In this document: in pieces, positions 1-12,029 of the stretch
Layout of the letters: every line of letters starts with the position of its first letter
Position numbering within the stretch: the first letter of the stretch is position 1
Origin: Eledone cirrhosa
Lineage: Eukaryota
DNA length: 64,000 nucleotides
Direction: 5' to 3'
Assembly: GCA_964016885.1 (NCBI GenBank)
Contig: OZ024743.1
Span: 299,894,001-299,958,000 of the forward strand
Notes under the pieces: model-generated
The model's database searches: none
Told to the model about the DNA's origin: nothing
Seen by the model: only the letters and a program-made list of their open reading frames with translations
Made by a program: the position numbers and the translations under genes

Positions 1-46
1 TCGAAACGGCCGAAGTTCAGCCGTCGGGGTCCTGACTAGTTTCCTA
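1..46 (+). repeat. Terminal arm of a small PLE-end hairpin family (cut by window edge)
   Basis: tcgaaacggc...gccgtcggggtc...ttcctat resembles the right arms at ~36151-36193 and ~59836-59875; followed by TA-rich sequence. Confidence 0.55.
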
Positions 47-111
47 TATTTATATATATGGTAGATCAGACGTGATCATCGCGATTCACATACGACCTAC
101 CATACATCTTA

Positions 112-113
112 CT

Positions 114-197
<84 letters not shown>

Positions 198-212
198 TGA
201 GTGAGTGTATGT
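112..212. repeat. (TA)n(TG)n microsatellite
   Basis: Seen directly. Confidence 0.95.
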
Positions 213-574
213 GTTGAGAAAGGGATTCCACGTTCGATCTTAGGAGTCATTACTGACTTGCCTATTGAGCAAATTGGAGTGTTTATTTAGGATTCCCAGA
301 AACCAATCAAAGATATTTTATAATATCTATCGATCATGTCCGGGTTCGTATGTAACCTGTTTGTTGTCCTGGCTTTTGTGGCATTTTTTACCTGGCCGAA
401 ATTTTCAATTTGTCACACCCTTAACGTATGTTTATTATTCTGAGCTTTATCTCATCGATTTATCGATATAATCTTATTGTGTGCTTGTGCCAGCTTGTGA
501 CGATTGTTCTTTTGAAAGATGGTAGCCGTTACTGCAATTTCGATTTTACTCACTATCATTGCTATTTATATATA

Positions 575-692
575 ATATTAAATCAAAAGATGGTTAAAAG
601 AGTTCTATGTATTTTATTATGTGCATTAAATATCATCATGGGATGATATTTGCGTTCTCATGAGATAAAATAGGGAGACATGATATGAAGCT
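575..692 (-). mobile_element. Degenerate solo 3' terminus of the PLE family at 46566-49768
   Basis: atcaaaagatggttaaa.gagtt..atgtattttattatg.gcat...gataaaa.agg...catgatatgaag aligns to 46654-46780. Confidence 0.7.
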
Positions 693-871
693 TATATATA
701 TTATATATATATATATATACACAGAGGTATCCACAATAATGTATATATATATGTATATATATATGTGTGTATATATATATATGTATATATGTGTATATGT
801 GTATGTATATATGTATGTATGTATGTATGTGTGTGTCTATATGTATGTGCATGTATATATGGATGTATGTG

Positions 872-913
<42 letters not shown>

Positions 914-1040
914 TGTGTGTATATGTGTATGTATCTGTATATGTATATGTATATATGGGTTGTATAGATGTGTATGTGTGGATATAGATATATATGGATA
1001 TGTATATATATGATTATATGCATGCGTGTGGATGTGTATT
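693..1040. repeat. Complex (TA/TG/TATG) microsatellite
   Basis: Seen directly; source of the spurious YI/CV ORFs. Confidence 0.95.
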
Positions 1041-1683
1041 TAGGTTTGCATCTATTAGCACGTATGTATATTTTGGTTAGACGTCAATATAACTGTACCT
1101 CTCTCTATATGTGATGTGAATATATGCACTTTGTAGACTATGCAATTTATGTGTTTTAACTATGCCAACATGTACTTATCTGAGTTTGATTGTTCATGCA
1201 TAAACATACTTAGTAATATTTTAGAGCGTATACTATGTTATCCTATACTGAGTGCAATTTACCACACCGTACTATATTCTGTTGGTTAAGTTGTATATTA
1301 TCGCATTACTATATCACATTATCGTATTATAATTTTCATCTTTTAATATACTATATTTCCTAGCCTTACCATTAATTTATATTCACCTTAAAACTCAATA
1401 CAACACTAATCACCATTTATTTTGACATTCCTTTTAAATTCACTATACAAGATACATTCAACTATCAGTTTGACAATCCCCTTCCTTTCTAATAGATTTT
1501 TATGCCATTTCTACTAATACCTTTCAACCATTCATTTCAAAGGGTCATGACCTCAACTAAAGTGTATTACTTTTCATCTTAACACCATATGAAAAAAACA
1601 ATTTGATTCGATAGTTCTTCAACTACCTCCAAATATGGACATGATACTAATTCTGGGTAAAATTATTATTGAATAAAATTATT

Positions 1684-1818
1684 ATTGCTTTTGAAAACAT
1701 TTGGTGATATGCATGTAAGTAAATATTCTCTCTATCTGATAGTTTGTAAACTTACATAGATCAATAACTAGTATATATACAATGTATTATCACCATCTAG
1801 AAACGATCGTAAGGCAGT
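1684..1818 (+). ncRNA. Putative type I hammerhead ribozyme variant (UUGAAAA core, long stem II)
   Basis: Stem I attgctt/aggcagt; core ttgaaaa; stem II tggtgata...tatcacca; GAAA; palindromic stem III cgatcg; UA cleavage site. Confidence 0.55.
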
Positions 1819-1848
1819 GAAGTATATCTCTAATGACTTGATTTTTTA

Positions 1849-1909
1849 TTTCATTGTTTTAACTTTCATTGTTTTAACTTTCATTGTTTTAACTTTCATT
1901 GTTTTAACT
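1849..1909. repeat. 15-bp tandem repeat (tttcattgttttaac) x4
   Basis: Seen directly. Confidence 0.9.
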
Positions 1910-1934
1910 ATATAGATATATATATATATATTCG

Positions 1935-2560
1935 GATAACTTCTCCAAGGCTTTCATAGATGTATTATTGACTGTTGACGTTGATAGATAGAAGACATTT
2001 CGCCTCTTTTGACTACAGTATGAACATTGGCTTTTTCCCCTCTCTGTGTATATCACAGAGTAAGGTTGCTTTTGTCATTTATTGACACATTGTCTGGATT
2101 ATCTCTACCACTTATTTTCTGTTGGTATTATGTAATGTTTGCAAAACTTTCATTGAATTCACAGCCGAACTCTGTCATATCTGTGAATATATTTGTAATC
2201 GTGATCTGTTTCATTTTGTAATTGTGGGCTTGTCTGGTGAGGAGACATTGATATTGTGCTGTAAAGAGGAATCCCTTAGTCGTAGCATTTTGTTTAGCTC
2301 TTCTTAGCCAGATTTGTGAATTTTGATTATCTAATTCTTCACTATTGAGCTTTATCATATACCGGCCATTTAAATGGTTTCTGCTATTGTCTGGCATGGC
2401 CTTCTGAAGAGAAGGTTCCAAATTACATTTTATCTTTTCCCTCTTTCCCTTGTTGTTACTTCTTTTAATCTCTTCATAACTCTCTGTCAATTTGGTTTGT
2501 TTTGCTTTTGCATTGTTCATACTTCGTGGATATTTGAATTAATATTTTTAGACATAGAGT
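1935..2560 (-). mobile_element. Old R4/Dong-like LINE remnant
   Basis: ORF 2128-2520 has GRY...SQIWL...GFLFTAQYQCLLTR, matching the GKY..HQWL..EGLIISAQDQCLPTK block in ORF 25128-26177. Confidence 0.65.
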
Positions 2561-2606
2561 GACTATTGTTGGTGTTGTTGTTGCTATTATTATTATTAAT
2601 ATTATT

Positions 2607-3400
2607 GTTCTTTGAGTCTCACTCATTCATATTATTTAACTGGAAAGTTTGTTAAAATGAATATCAAGTCGCTACCTGCAGCCTCAGATATTCAGGACGT
2701 ATCGGAGGGTTCTTGCTGTTCCCAGCAAGCATGCCCCCTGAAGTGTTCCAAAAAACGGAGCTAGACTAAACTTTTTTAAGCATGGTAACTCCTTGGGATA
2801 GTACCTAGTGCTCCTATGACAATCAGGACGACTTTGATTTCAGGGAAGTTCTAAATCCTTTTTACCTCCCACGTTAAGTCCTGGTATTAGTTAATTTTCT
2901 CTCTCTCCTTTTCTTGCACTCTCGTGTCAAATGGGCAGGCTACATCTACAATCGGGCATGAGTTTTTTTCCAGGTCCAAAACCACCAGGTCAGGCCTATT
3001 GTGTTCCAGTTTCTTTTCCGTCTGTATCCTAAAATCCCATAGCACGTTCACCTGATTGTTTTCTATCTCCGACTCTGGCTTATGCTCATACCACTTCTCA
3101 GAATGTGGTAAATTGTTTACTTTGCATAGGTGCCAGTGGATCACCCTGCCCATCACATCATGTCTCCAGCATTTATAGTGAGTCAAGGCTAGGTGTTTAC
3201 TCTCGGATACAATGTGAGCCACAGTCTCCTCTCTCTACTCCACAGATCCTACACTGTGGGCTAGCCTAGCCTCCTCCTTGTAAATATGCTCTTTCACCCA
3301 CTTCGTTCTGAGGACCTGCTCTTGCGCAGCCATTAGCAATCCTCTTGTAGCCTTTTTAAGGTCTCCTCTTTTTAACCAGTTCCATGTCTGTGGATCTCTA
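2607..3400 (-). mobile_element. R4/Dong-like LINE family A, 3' fragment (zinc knuckle, RLE endonuclease, 3'UTR)
   Basis: HIVSE..RHD..WDFRIQT..HNRPDLV..VDVACP; high similarity to 26491-27282; ends in (TAA)n. Confidence 0.9.
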
Positions 3401-4810
3401 TATTTTCCCATGTTTGTTCCTCAAGGTGGGCTGTATCGTTCATTTGTCTGTCTATCCATGTGGCATGTATATTATGAATTTTTCTTCGGCCCAGATCTTT
3501 TCCCAGAATTCTTCCACTTCCTCCTTGGGTGGTATTGATTTAGCAGTTATTGTTCACTTGCCAATTTTTCTGTAGAAATTTCTTTGGTTGTTTTTGAACA
3601 TATTATTGTCCTTATAGAATCTAGATCGTTTTTCAAAGCGCCTTATACGAGCAGCTTTGGCCGACACTTTTTGCTTGATTATTTCTCTCAACATGTCTAT
3701 GTCACTTTTCAATTTTCTAAGTTTAGTTTGTTTAACAAGTTCACCTAATTTGTAGTTTGTTAAAATTTCTATGTCAGATCGGAGAAGGTTTATTTGGCGA
3801 TTGATGTTCTCCTGCCAAGTAGGATTCTTGTGGGAATACCTTTGTTTTTTTCATTTTCAATCCACATAAGTGAGTGGTGACTTTAGCCGATGCATAATAG
3901 AGATGATTTAGATTAGTAATGTTTAGTTTTGTTTGTGATGATAGTGTTTTTGAGAATTACGTTAGTCTTGTGTATTATCTTTTTGTTCTGTTTGGAGTTC
4001 TGGATCTTAGGGAGAGTATCTCGTTGCCCCATGTCAGATTATTTCATCTCCTTGTTTTCATTTTGAGTTTCATCTTGAGCATGCACTCCCTCCACTTTTT
4101 CGATCCTTTCTTTAATTTGTTCTGTTGTCAGTGATTCCGCCCCAAACCTGGGATTCGAAGTGTTACAAATTACCTCGTTTTCGCTGACACATGTTTCATT
4201 TTCCCTTCGCTGACTTTGTGCTAATAGCTTGATCTGATTAATTTCTATGTCAGTTAGTAACTTTTTTTAACAATATTTCTTCATATATTGGCTAGTTTGT
4301 TACTGTCAATATAGCCTCTGTTTTCGGGATGTTCCTTTTTCCAGTTGATATATGTCTGTTCTGTATTCGATCTATTTGATGGGTAGTACATGGCAGTGTA
4401 GAAAGCCTCAAGGACTTCTTTATTGTCTTCCCTTGACCATTTTTCTCTCTTTTTTTTGGGATTTCTTGGTGGTGAGTATGGAGAGCCAACAGTAGGAGTA
4501 TTCCTGTTATGGGGGGTCTCCAGCTCCGAAGTGATGGGAAGGTTTGAACCATTAGCTGATTTTTCGACCCCAGTCTGGTTCCTCTCTGAGGGACGCGGCT
4601 CTTTTAAACACGGCTGACGGCCGATCCCGTATGAGATTTTATCATTTGACATTGGCTTTATTTTGTTGCGTTTTATCCTTAACCGCCAAGGGGTAATCAT
4701 TTCGTGTTACCACTTCTAGGACGAGTGTCAACAAAGACTAGAGTGGTCGTCCTCCTCTAGAGACACGGCTATTCGCCGCCGGCCGCCATTCCGGAATTTT
4801 TAGTCATGGG
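3401..4810 (-). mobile_element. R4/Dong-like LINE family B, 5' portion (5'UTR and N-terminal region)
   Basis: KREKWSREDNKEVLEAFY...DSNKLAN parallels RTNWTKELNRTVMQCY..DEQKLAGQ of family A; KVSAKAARIRRF motif at ~3635-3670; second copy at 19833-20630. Confidence 0.8.
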
Positions 4811-6059
4811 GTTTTCTCTTTTTGTTGTTTTTTAAATTGTTATTATCATTAGTGGTTCCTTAATGTGAGCATTGCGTGGCTTAAGAATGAAATTATTATT
4901 AACTAGCAGTGGTACCCGGCGTTGCACGGGATAAGGTATTTTGGAACGCGGGCCGCCAACAAATCTAATCGTGGAAAAACAGCATGCATCGACAATATGT
5001 AAAGAAAATAAATCGAATGGATAATCTTTAAGACAATGGCTGGATAATCTTTAAGATTTTCCCCGATGAAGCAGGAAAAATGCAAGTTTTCACCTAATAC
5101 CTAGGACACCAAGAAAATTAATTTTTTTCATGTTCATAATATGCCTTGAAATTTCGGGAAAATCGGCTAGACATAACGCCTAAAAAAAGCCTTAATAAGC
5201 TGAAAAAAATGAAATTGTTCACCTAATAGGCGCGCATTAGTGGATTCTCCTTGCTCACGAATTGGATTTTCTTTGCTCACGATATGAAGAAGAGACTGAC
5301 TAATACATTCATACAATTCCAAGGAAATCGATCTGGCGTAACACCTCAAAATACCCCTGAAAAGCTCAAACTATCCCTAAAATTACCCCTAATGCCTCCA
5401 AATACCCCTAAAAGTAGATTTTCACCTAAATCGGCTTGGTGCCTTTGTACTTTAATAAATTTGCATGAGTCAGCAGGACAGATGTCACCACTTATATCAG
5501 AGGGAAGTCTGCAATGCTTGCTTGAGCAAGGCATGACGTGCAATCGGACAGCACGTGGAGCCTTCTCGAAGGAGTCCACCGCACTTTAGTAAGTAAACGC
5601 AATTGGACAAATGTTTACCAAACTGTGGGTATAATTTAACAAATTTAAAGAGGAATGGTGCAATAAAATGGGCCCCGAGACGTGTGCGCGTTCACTGGCA
5701 GCCGTAAATGAAAGGGTCGCCATCAGCTATTTCAACGGCCCTTTAAAAGGGCCGTGTAAGCAATTCACTGACACCCCAGTCAGGAGGGGTAACCATCAAC
5801 AATTTCAAGTGATGGCTCTAAGATGGCCATGTGAGCGTTCACTTGTAGCCCTTAATAGTGACTTTGACTGCGTTCTCTGACATTTGAAGGAGGGTGTTAC
5901 GGTTGATTCCACTGGTAGCCTTTAGAATGAATCAGAATGCTTTCGCGGTCCATTTAACAGCCATACATCTCTGAAGGTAGTCACCTGAATCCGGGGGAAA
6001 ATGTATTTCAGGTAATAGGCCGTATGAATGGCAACCAGATTGCCTAAAGAAATGTTGAT

Positions 6060-6660
6060 AACGAACCTACTTCGTTCTTGTGCAAATGCAAGAAGATTCT
6101 CCCTGCTGCCAACTCTAGTGCACCCAACGTACAATTGTCCGTGGCAGAAACAGGGCTCCTCCAGTAGAAGTTCGACCACAGAAAGAGTTTGACCCTGGGA
6201 CTTGTTAATGGACATGGCAAAACTGACCCGAAGCGGGAATTGCAGTCTTCTGAAGGTAAACGGAATTCGGCTCCCGGGAGAGTAAGAGGAATTCTTGGAA
6301 TGAAGACATCGTCGCCTTTTCCGCACCCAGAGAGGATTGTTGCCTCGATAACATGGTCCGTCATTTTCTTTACAGCCAGACGTGATCCGTTGCACAGCCT
6401 CGGTTGCTCCAAATTCCGCAGCAACATAACAGGAGTCCCTACTTTAAGTCGTAGTATGTGGGGAGGTAGTCCAGGAGGCTGTAAGGCGTTTAGGAATTCT
6501 GGTGGAAAGTTCACCACTTCATTTGGATCGGGCATCGTATCAACAGATTTGTAGTTGCGAAGAGCAGTACCAGGTCGTTGAAATTGTTAACAGTGGCGTT
6601 TGTTTGGAGCAAGCACAGCTCTTTCGCACAATCATGTGTGGCCCAGTAAATGGTGTTGCA
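6060..6660 (-). pseudogene. Pif1-like helicase C-terminal fragment of Helitron RepHel (frameshifted)
   Basis: [30 protein letters not shown]; [23 protein letters not shown]; CFCHGQLYV. Confidence 0.92.
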
Positions 6661-6699
6661 AAACCGGAAACACTTTGTCTTTGAGCTCTGCCACAGAAT

Positions 6700-7017
6700 T
6701 AACAGAAGTCGCAAATGGCCACACTTCCAGTTCGCCTTCAGCGTCAAGAGGCATGTTGATGCCGTGTTAGCGGTATGGCGGCTTCGACGCTGGTGTTCAG
6801 TCACTGCTGCTCTTGCAGTAGCAGTCAAAACGGCAATAGTTTTTCGATGAACGGTTCGTTGGTCGTCTGTTTCGAGTGCTCTTCTTACAGCAGCACGTTC
6901 AGCAGCTTGTGACCGTCGAATAATAGAATCCTCTGATGATTCGTTTGCCCGCGTTGCTCTTGACATTGCAGCTTTCGCAGTTTTTCGTCCGATGGAGTAT
7001 CTCTTCGTTCGAGGCAT
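6700..7017 (-). pseudogene. N-terminal basic/helical region of Helitron RepHel
   Basis: MPRTKRYSIGRKT..RANES..RRALET, resembling RepHel N-termini; Rep domain absent. Confidence 0.6.
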
Positions 7018-8029
7018 GACCTAAAATTAGGAGGAAAGCAGCGAGACTCATTCCTAGATCAAGGGTTAATTTGTAAGTGAATTGCATTAGGTGTCTATGG
7101 ATTTGTCTACTGGTATGTGGCCTAAAGGCAAGGCAACTTGCTTAACTACCCTCAGGGTATTGGGATGACAGTAAGCTTAACATTGCGACAACCGAGGCCA
7201 AAAAAGTAAGTAAAGGCCACTGATACGATTGTGGGCAGCACTGTAAAAAAGTGTAGGCATTAGTGCCTACGTGTATAAGGCGAAAACTGGAGAGAGAAAC
7301 TGTGTGCCCTTACCAAATGTCTGTTGAATGAGTGATGACTTGGCCTTCAGCAGGCGTGGCAGAGGAACAGGTGTGAGAGGGTTGTTGCTTGTTCTGCTAG
7401 TCATTTATAATTCTTACAAAGAATAAAATTTACACACCCAAAAAATATACAATATTTAAAACTTTATTTCTTAAGTAATTCTCATAAAATTGCAACACTG
7501 TGAAAATTCAAGGGTGGAAGAATAACCAGAGGCAGCAGACATATATTATAGGGGCGCGACGTTATATGTATGTATCTATCTAAAAAGAGAATGACTAAGA
7601 ATTATAGAGCGAGATCGCTAAATCGCCTAATGCAGGCCCTAGGGCATTGAAAATTTGAAATTGTTTTTGCTCAGAACACTACCTGAAAGATAAGTATTAC
7701 ATGTGTAAAGTTTGAAAACAGTCGGTTTTGTGGTTCTCGAGTTTTAGGGATTTGAACTCACACACACACAGACAGACATCCTCAGTTTTATATATATATA
7801 GATAATATAATATACTTTTTGTTGAAGTTGCCTGTTGTTGTTGGCTATGTCGGTGGTGGTGATGGGGCTTTTTCTATTGTTAGTGGGGAAGGGAGGAGCC
7901 AGCAGAGCCATAGTCGTTGACGTTTGACCGGGTCACTAAGTCAGTCTATTTATATATTTTGCTAGCCTCTCCCTTGTCTAGTGATACCGCCACCTTCCCC
8001 GTTCTTAAGTTAACATAAGGCAGTAGGGG

Positions 8030-8680
8030 AATAGTGGTGGTAGCAATGAAGGAGTGGTGGCGGCGGTGATGGGATAGTGGTAGCAATCATGGAGTGGTTG
8101 CGGTGGTGACTATAGTGATGGCGTTGTCGTTACTGAGTTCTGTTGAATAGACTATAGTAATATGGGTTTGTTTGATCTGTATATCTATGCGGTTTGTCGC
8201 GTATGTTTAATATATGTGTTGACATATTCTTTAATATTTGAATTAAACATTTTGAGAAAACTTGAGATAAAATAATAATAATAATTATTATTATGCTGGG
8301 ATTGGTGGTGGTGGTGGTGAAATTGCCGTTATCTGGCTGTTGTATTTAGTGTACACAGAGGGGTGATGGGATACGTGGTGTATCTAGATTGTGGTGGTGG
8401 TGAAATTGCTGTTATTTCTCTGTTCTTTATAGTGTAGACAGAGGGGGTTTTCTTCCATTTATAACCATTTTATTTTTTGAATATAACATTTATAATACAA
8501 CATTGAATATTTGAGCGATATAACAGGATATTATGGGTCTGCATTTCCTGAGAGTCAAGCCTGGCGCTTTATGTCCTATTTGTACTAAGAATTGTTATAT
8601 CACAATTGTTTTAAATATGTTAAAAATCAAAAACTTACGGAGCGATTACATAACACTCTATCCACCACGTGTGCCTTCTT
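8030..8680. repeat. Dispersed unclassified unit, copy 1 (copy 2 at ~30585-31212)
   Basis: Shared blocks ggtagcaatgaaggagtggtggcggcggtgatgggatagtggt, tttagtgtacacagag, aaaacttacgg(g)agcgatt. Confidence 0.75.
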
Positions 8681-8718
8681 ATATTATTATTATTATATTA
8701 TTCTTATCTTATTTTTAT

Positions 8719-9531
8719 TAATCAACTAGCCAATCTCTTCGGAAGGACTTTTGGGCCGGGGCCTATGGACAATTTCCAGAAATACCTAGCCTGGCAGTGC
8801 TACCGAGGAGCTTTGCCAGTTCGGGATAAACTCTACAGGCACGGAAGTGATTCAGCCGGGCATGTCCGAGATGCACGCTGAAATACGAAACCGTCCTGCA
8901 TGAACTTGCCCAGTGTCCGAGCATTGCTGACTTGTGGGTTCATGTCGAACACCTGCTTTCGCGTGTAGAACGGATCCGGCTATCAGCTGAGTCCATCGTG
9001 AGGATTGCCCTGCCCTCTTCCTTTAGCCGGGAAGGGCAGGTAGTTTTTATCTGTCTGGTGGCCATGGCGAAAGAGATAGTATGGTGGACGCGTTTAAAAG
9101 GGTTGAAGTCGAGCACTTACCTCTTCGGTGATGCCCTGATTAAAGTTTTCGAATTTCCTTTGAAAAGGAAAATCAGGGTAGAGAGGGAAGTGCTCTCTTC
9201 CCAGCTTTTTGTTGAAAGATGGGTGAGAGAAGCAAGAATGGCCCTAGTGAATGGAGCTACTCTGAGTATATGCCTGTAAATTGAAGGTGGAAAACTGGAA
9301 GAGGACCCTTGCCCTAGTGCTCAGGGTCACCGTGGTTTTTTTTTAATGGCTTTCTCTACGATAGCCCTCGGAAATCTCCCCCCTATTGGTGAATGTGTCA
9401 TTGTTCTTTTTATTACTTCCTCTGTTTTTTGTTTTTTGTACACGCAGAAATGCCCATTTGTACCGTCCTGTATTGTCCTGTACTGTCCTTAATGTCTAGT
9501 TTGTGTAAACCCTTGTGGTTAATAAAGAAGC
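8719..9531 (+). mobile_element. Tx1/L1-like LINE 3' fragment (zf-RVT region and 3'UTR)
   Basis: MDNFQK.LAWQCYRGALPV; homologous to 23577-24387; ends aataaagaagc(att)n. Confidence 0.9.
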
Positions 9532-9561
9532 ATTATTATTAAATATTATTATTATTATTAT

Positions 9562-9681
9562 TGCCATTCTGAGTTCAAATCCCGCCGAGGTTAACTTTGT
9601 CTTTCATCCTTACGGGGTCGATAAAATAAAGTACTAGTAATGAACTGGGTAATTGCTGGCCTTGTGCCAAAAGTAGAAACA
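9562..9681 (+). mobile_element. 5'-truncated SINE
   Basis: gagttcaaatcc B-box-like motif; ctttcatcctt..ggggtcgataaa core; tail ggccttgtgccaaaagtagaaac(aat)n; matches 33939-34130. Confidence 0.85.
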
Positions 9682-9727
<46 letters not shown>

Positions 9728-9741
9728 TTATTATTATTATT
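9682..9741. repeat. (ATT)n tract
   Basis: Seen directly, between the SINE and the LINE 5' end. Confidence 0.95.
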
Positions 9742-9954
9742 GTTGGTGAAGCCACGCTTCTTATCGCCTCCAGTCATTTTCAACGTTTTACCTCTTTTTC
9801 AACCGTTCTAAACCTTTTTATTCAAGTTTTATATTTGATAAAAGTTTAGAAGTGACCCACCTAATACAGGGGTTCACTCGTAAATAATACGGCACCCCTT
9901 TACGGGGTGTCGTATTCGTATTTGTCTAAAAATATTTTTTTGAAAAATTTCAAC

Positions 9955-11997
9955 ATGGATAACACAAGAAAGATAGAGAGCGCTGTCAGACAACACAGAG
10001 AGAGGGAGACTTTATCAGCATATCAACAAGACAGCGTTCCAGCGGAGGTGAATATAAACGAAAATATTACAAAGGAAAAAAAGATTGTTACAGATTTAAA
10101 ATTACCAAATAGTTCTAACACAAACAATACCAACAATAACACCAACAACATCACCAACAACAACTCCAAAAATAACAGCGGTAAAGTCGAGAACGACAAT
10201 AACAAAAATAACAGCGGTAAGGTCGAGAACGACAATAACAAAAATAGCAGCGGCAAGGTCGAGAACAACAATAACAATGACAATAACAACAGCCACAACA
10301 ACAATAATAGTAGGAACAGTATCAACAAAAACAACAATAACAACAGCTATAATAACAGTAACAGCAGCAACAGTATCAACGAAAACAACACCAACAACTA
10401 TACCAGCGAAAACAACAACAATGACACCGATACCTGTAATAGCGACCTCAGCACCACCAGTAAGACCAGTAGCGTCAGCAATAGTGGTGCTGCTGAAAAA
10501 GGGACCACTTCTTTTGCAGGTGTCGCCCAAAATATCGAGACAATGTCAGTCACGGAGGAAGAGGTGGCAGTCGCAAGGGCCATGGTGACAAGAAGCGCAA
10601 ATATAGTTTCCCTGAAACCTCCACCCAATTTTTTCAAGGACCAGCAGCTACGGACGGTGACTTACCGCACCGTAAGCAAAATGTCACATCGAGTGGAGAG
10701 AGCCACGGAGGCTCAAATCCAAAAGGCCTTGGGCTGCGTCTGGGCGCGCAAAACCCACATCACCCGAGGCAGAAAGTACGCCACAGTAGACGTACTTTTC
10801 GGCACCCCCCAGGAAGCAAAGTCTCACTCTTTGGAAACCCTAAAGAGTGAGGAGTTAGTCTTGGTGCCCTCCTACTTCGGGCAGAAAATTGTGAGGGTCA
10901 AAGTGACCCAGGTCTCACCCGACGTGCCCATACCTTGGCGGTCCGCGTCTTTTCTTGCTGGAATTGAGAACAGGGCGACCATGCTGCAAGTAGAAAAATA
11001 GGGAGAGAGAACTGGTCAGGTATAGGCATGCAAATAATTATACAAACTGACCAGGAATGTATCGAGGCTATCCCCGATACCATAGACTTCGAGGAAGGAC
11101 CCCAACTCCCTATAAGTGTAGAAGGAAGACGGCCAAAATGTTATAACTGTTGGTCGAAAGGTCACCTCAGGGCCTTTTGCCCGCAGAAGACACCGAAGAG
11201 GGCCCCTCTCCTTCCAATACCTGGTCCACTGCTACCAAGAGCAGGACAGGCAACACACGAAGAAGCCCCTTCCACGGTGAATAGGAAGGCAACGTCCGTA
11301 GCACCCGTACCAAGGCCACGGATAACTAAAGCAGCATCATCAGTAGCGGCAACACCAATAGCTACATTTGAAATAGCTACACCAGCAACAAAATTGCCGA
11401 AGAGGGCTCCACTACCACCACCAAATGCCGTGGAGCACATACCCCTCCCAGACGCCACAGAATCCGACATGGAGTTTGAGGCGTGAGTGACGTGGCAAGC
11501 AGTCTGCCACAAAAAAAATACAAAAAGAAAAAAACCCTTAGATTCACCCTCCAAAAGCGAAGGCATACAAAGAGGGGTAAAGACAGCAAGGAAACTTGCA
11601 GCAACACCACCACAAACACCAAAACGCAAACACAGCAAGACACACACTCCAAACATCAACAAGAAGAAAACGGCAACAAAATCACCCCTCCCCCCAAAAA
11701 GTACACAGCCATAAACATAGCAAAAAAAGAACTCATAAAATATATAAAGCAGCCCACAGGCATCACCGAAAAAAACTACTACACCCCACCAACACCAAGA
11801 ACTCTCCCGACAAACATAAGCATCATCGAATCTCCATAGAACAATACAAACCTTTAAAACAAAAATTCCCCAACGCAGTTGGAGACTTCAGATGGACGGT
11901 TACCAAGAGGATATACACTGACATCCTCTTGGAAACACCCATGACCAGCGAAAGGGAGGGTTCTACTGTCCCTTCACCACACGAACAAGTTAAGTGA
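9955..11997 (+). pseudogene. LINE ORF1 (gag-like; Asn-rich N-terminus, CCHC knuckle)
   Basis: ATG 9955; CYNCWSKGHLRAFC; premature stops at ~11001 and ~11486 plus frameshifts. Confidence 0.85.
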
Positions 11998-12029
11998 CCC
12001 TTTCTCATTTGCCCCGTTTCTCATCCAAC

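Larger units (their letters stand above)
4903..7802 (-). mobile_element. Internally deleted Helitron
   Basis: Minus strand starts 5'-TC (7802) and ends CTAG-3' (4903), with hairpin cccgtgcaacgccggg near the 3' end; A|T insertion site; contains RepHel fragments. Confidence 0.9.

Noticed and set aside
10023-10588. Poly-Leu/Val/Thr ORFs, also at 39990-40544
   Set aside because: Antisense or alternative frames of the Asn-rich tracts.
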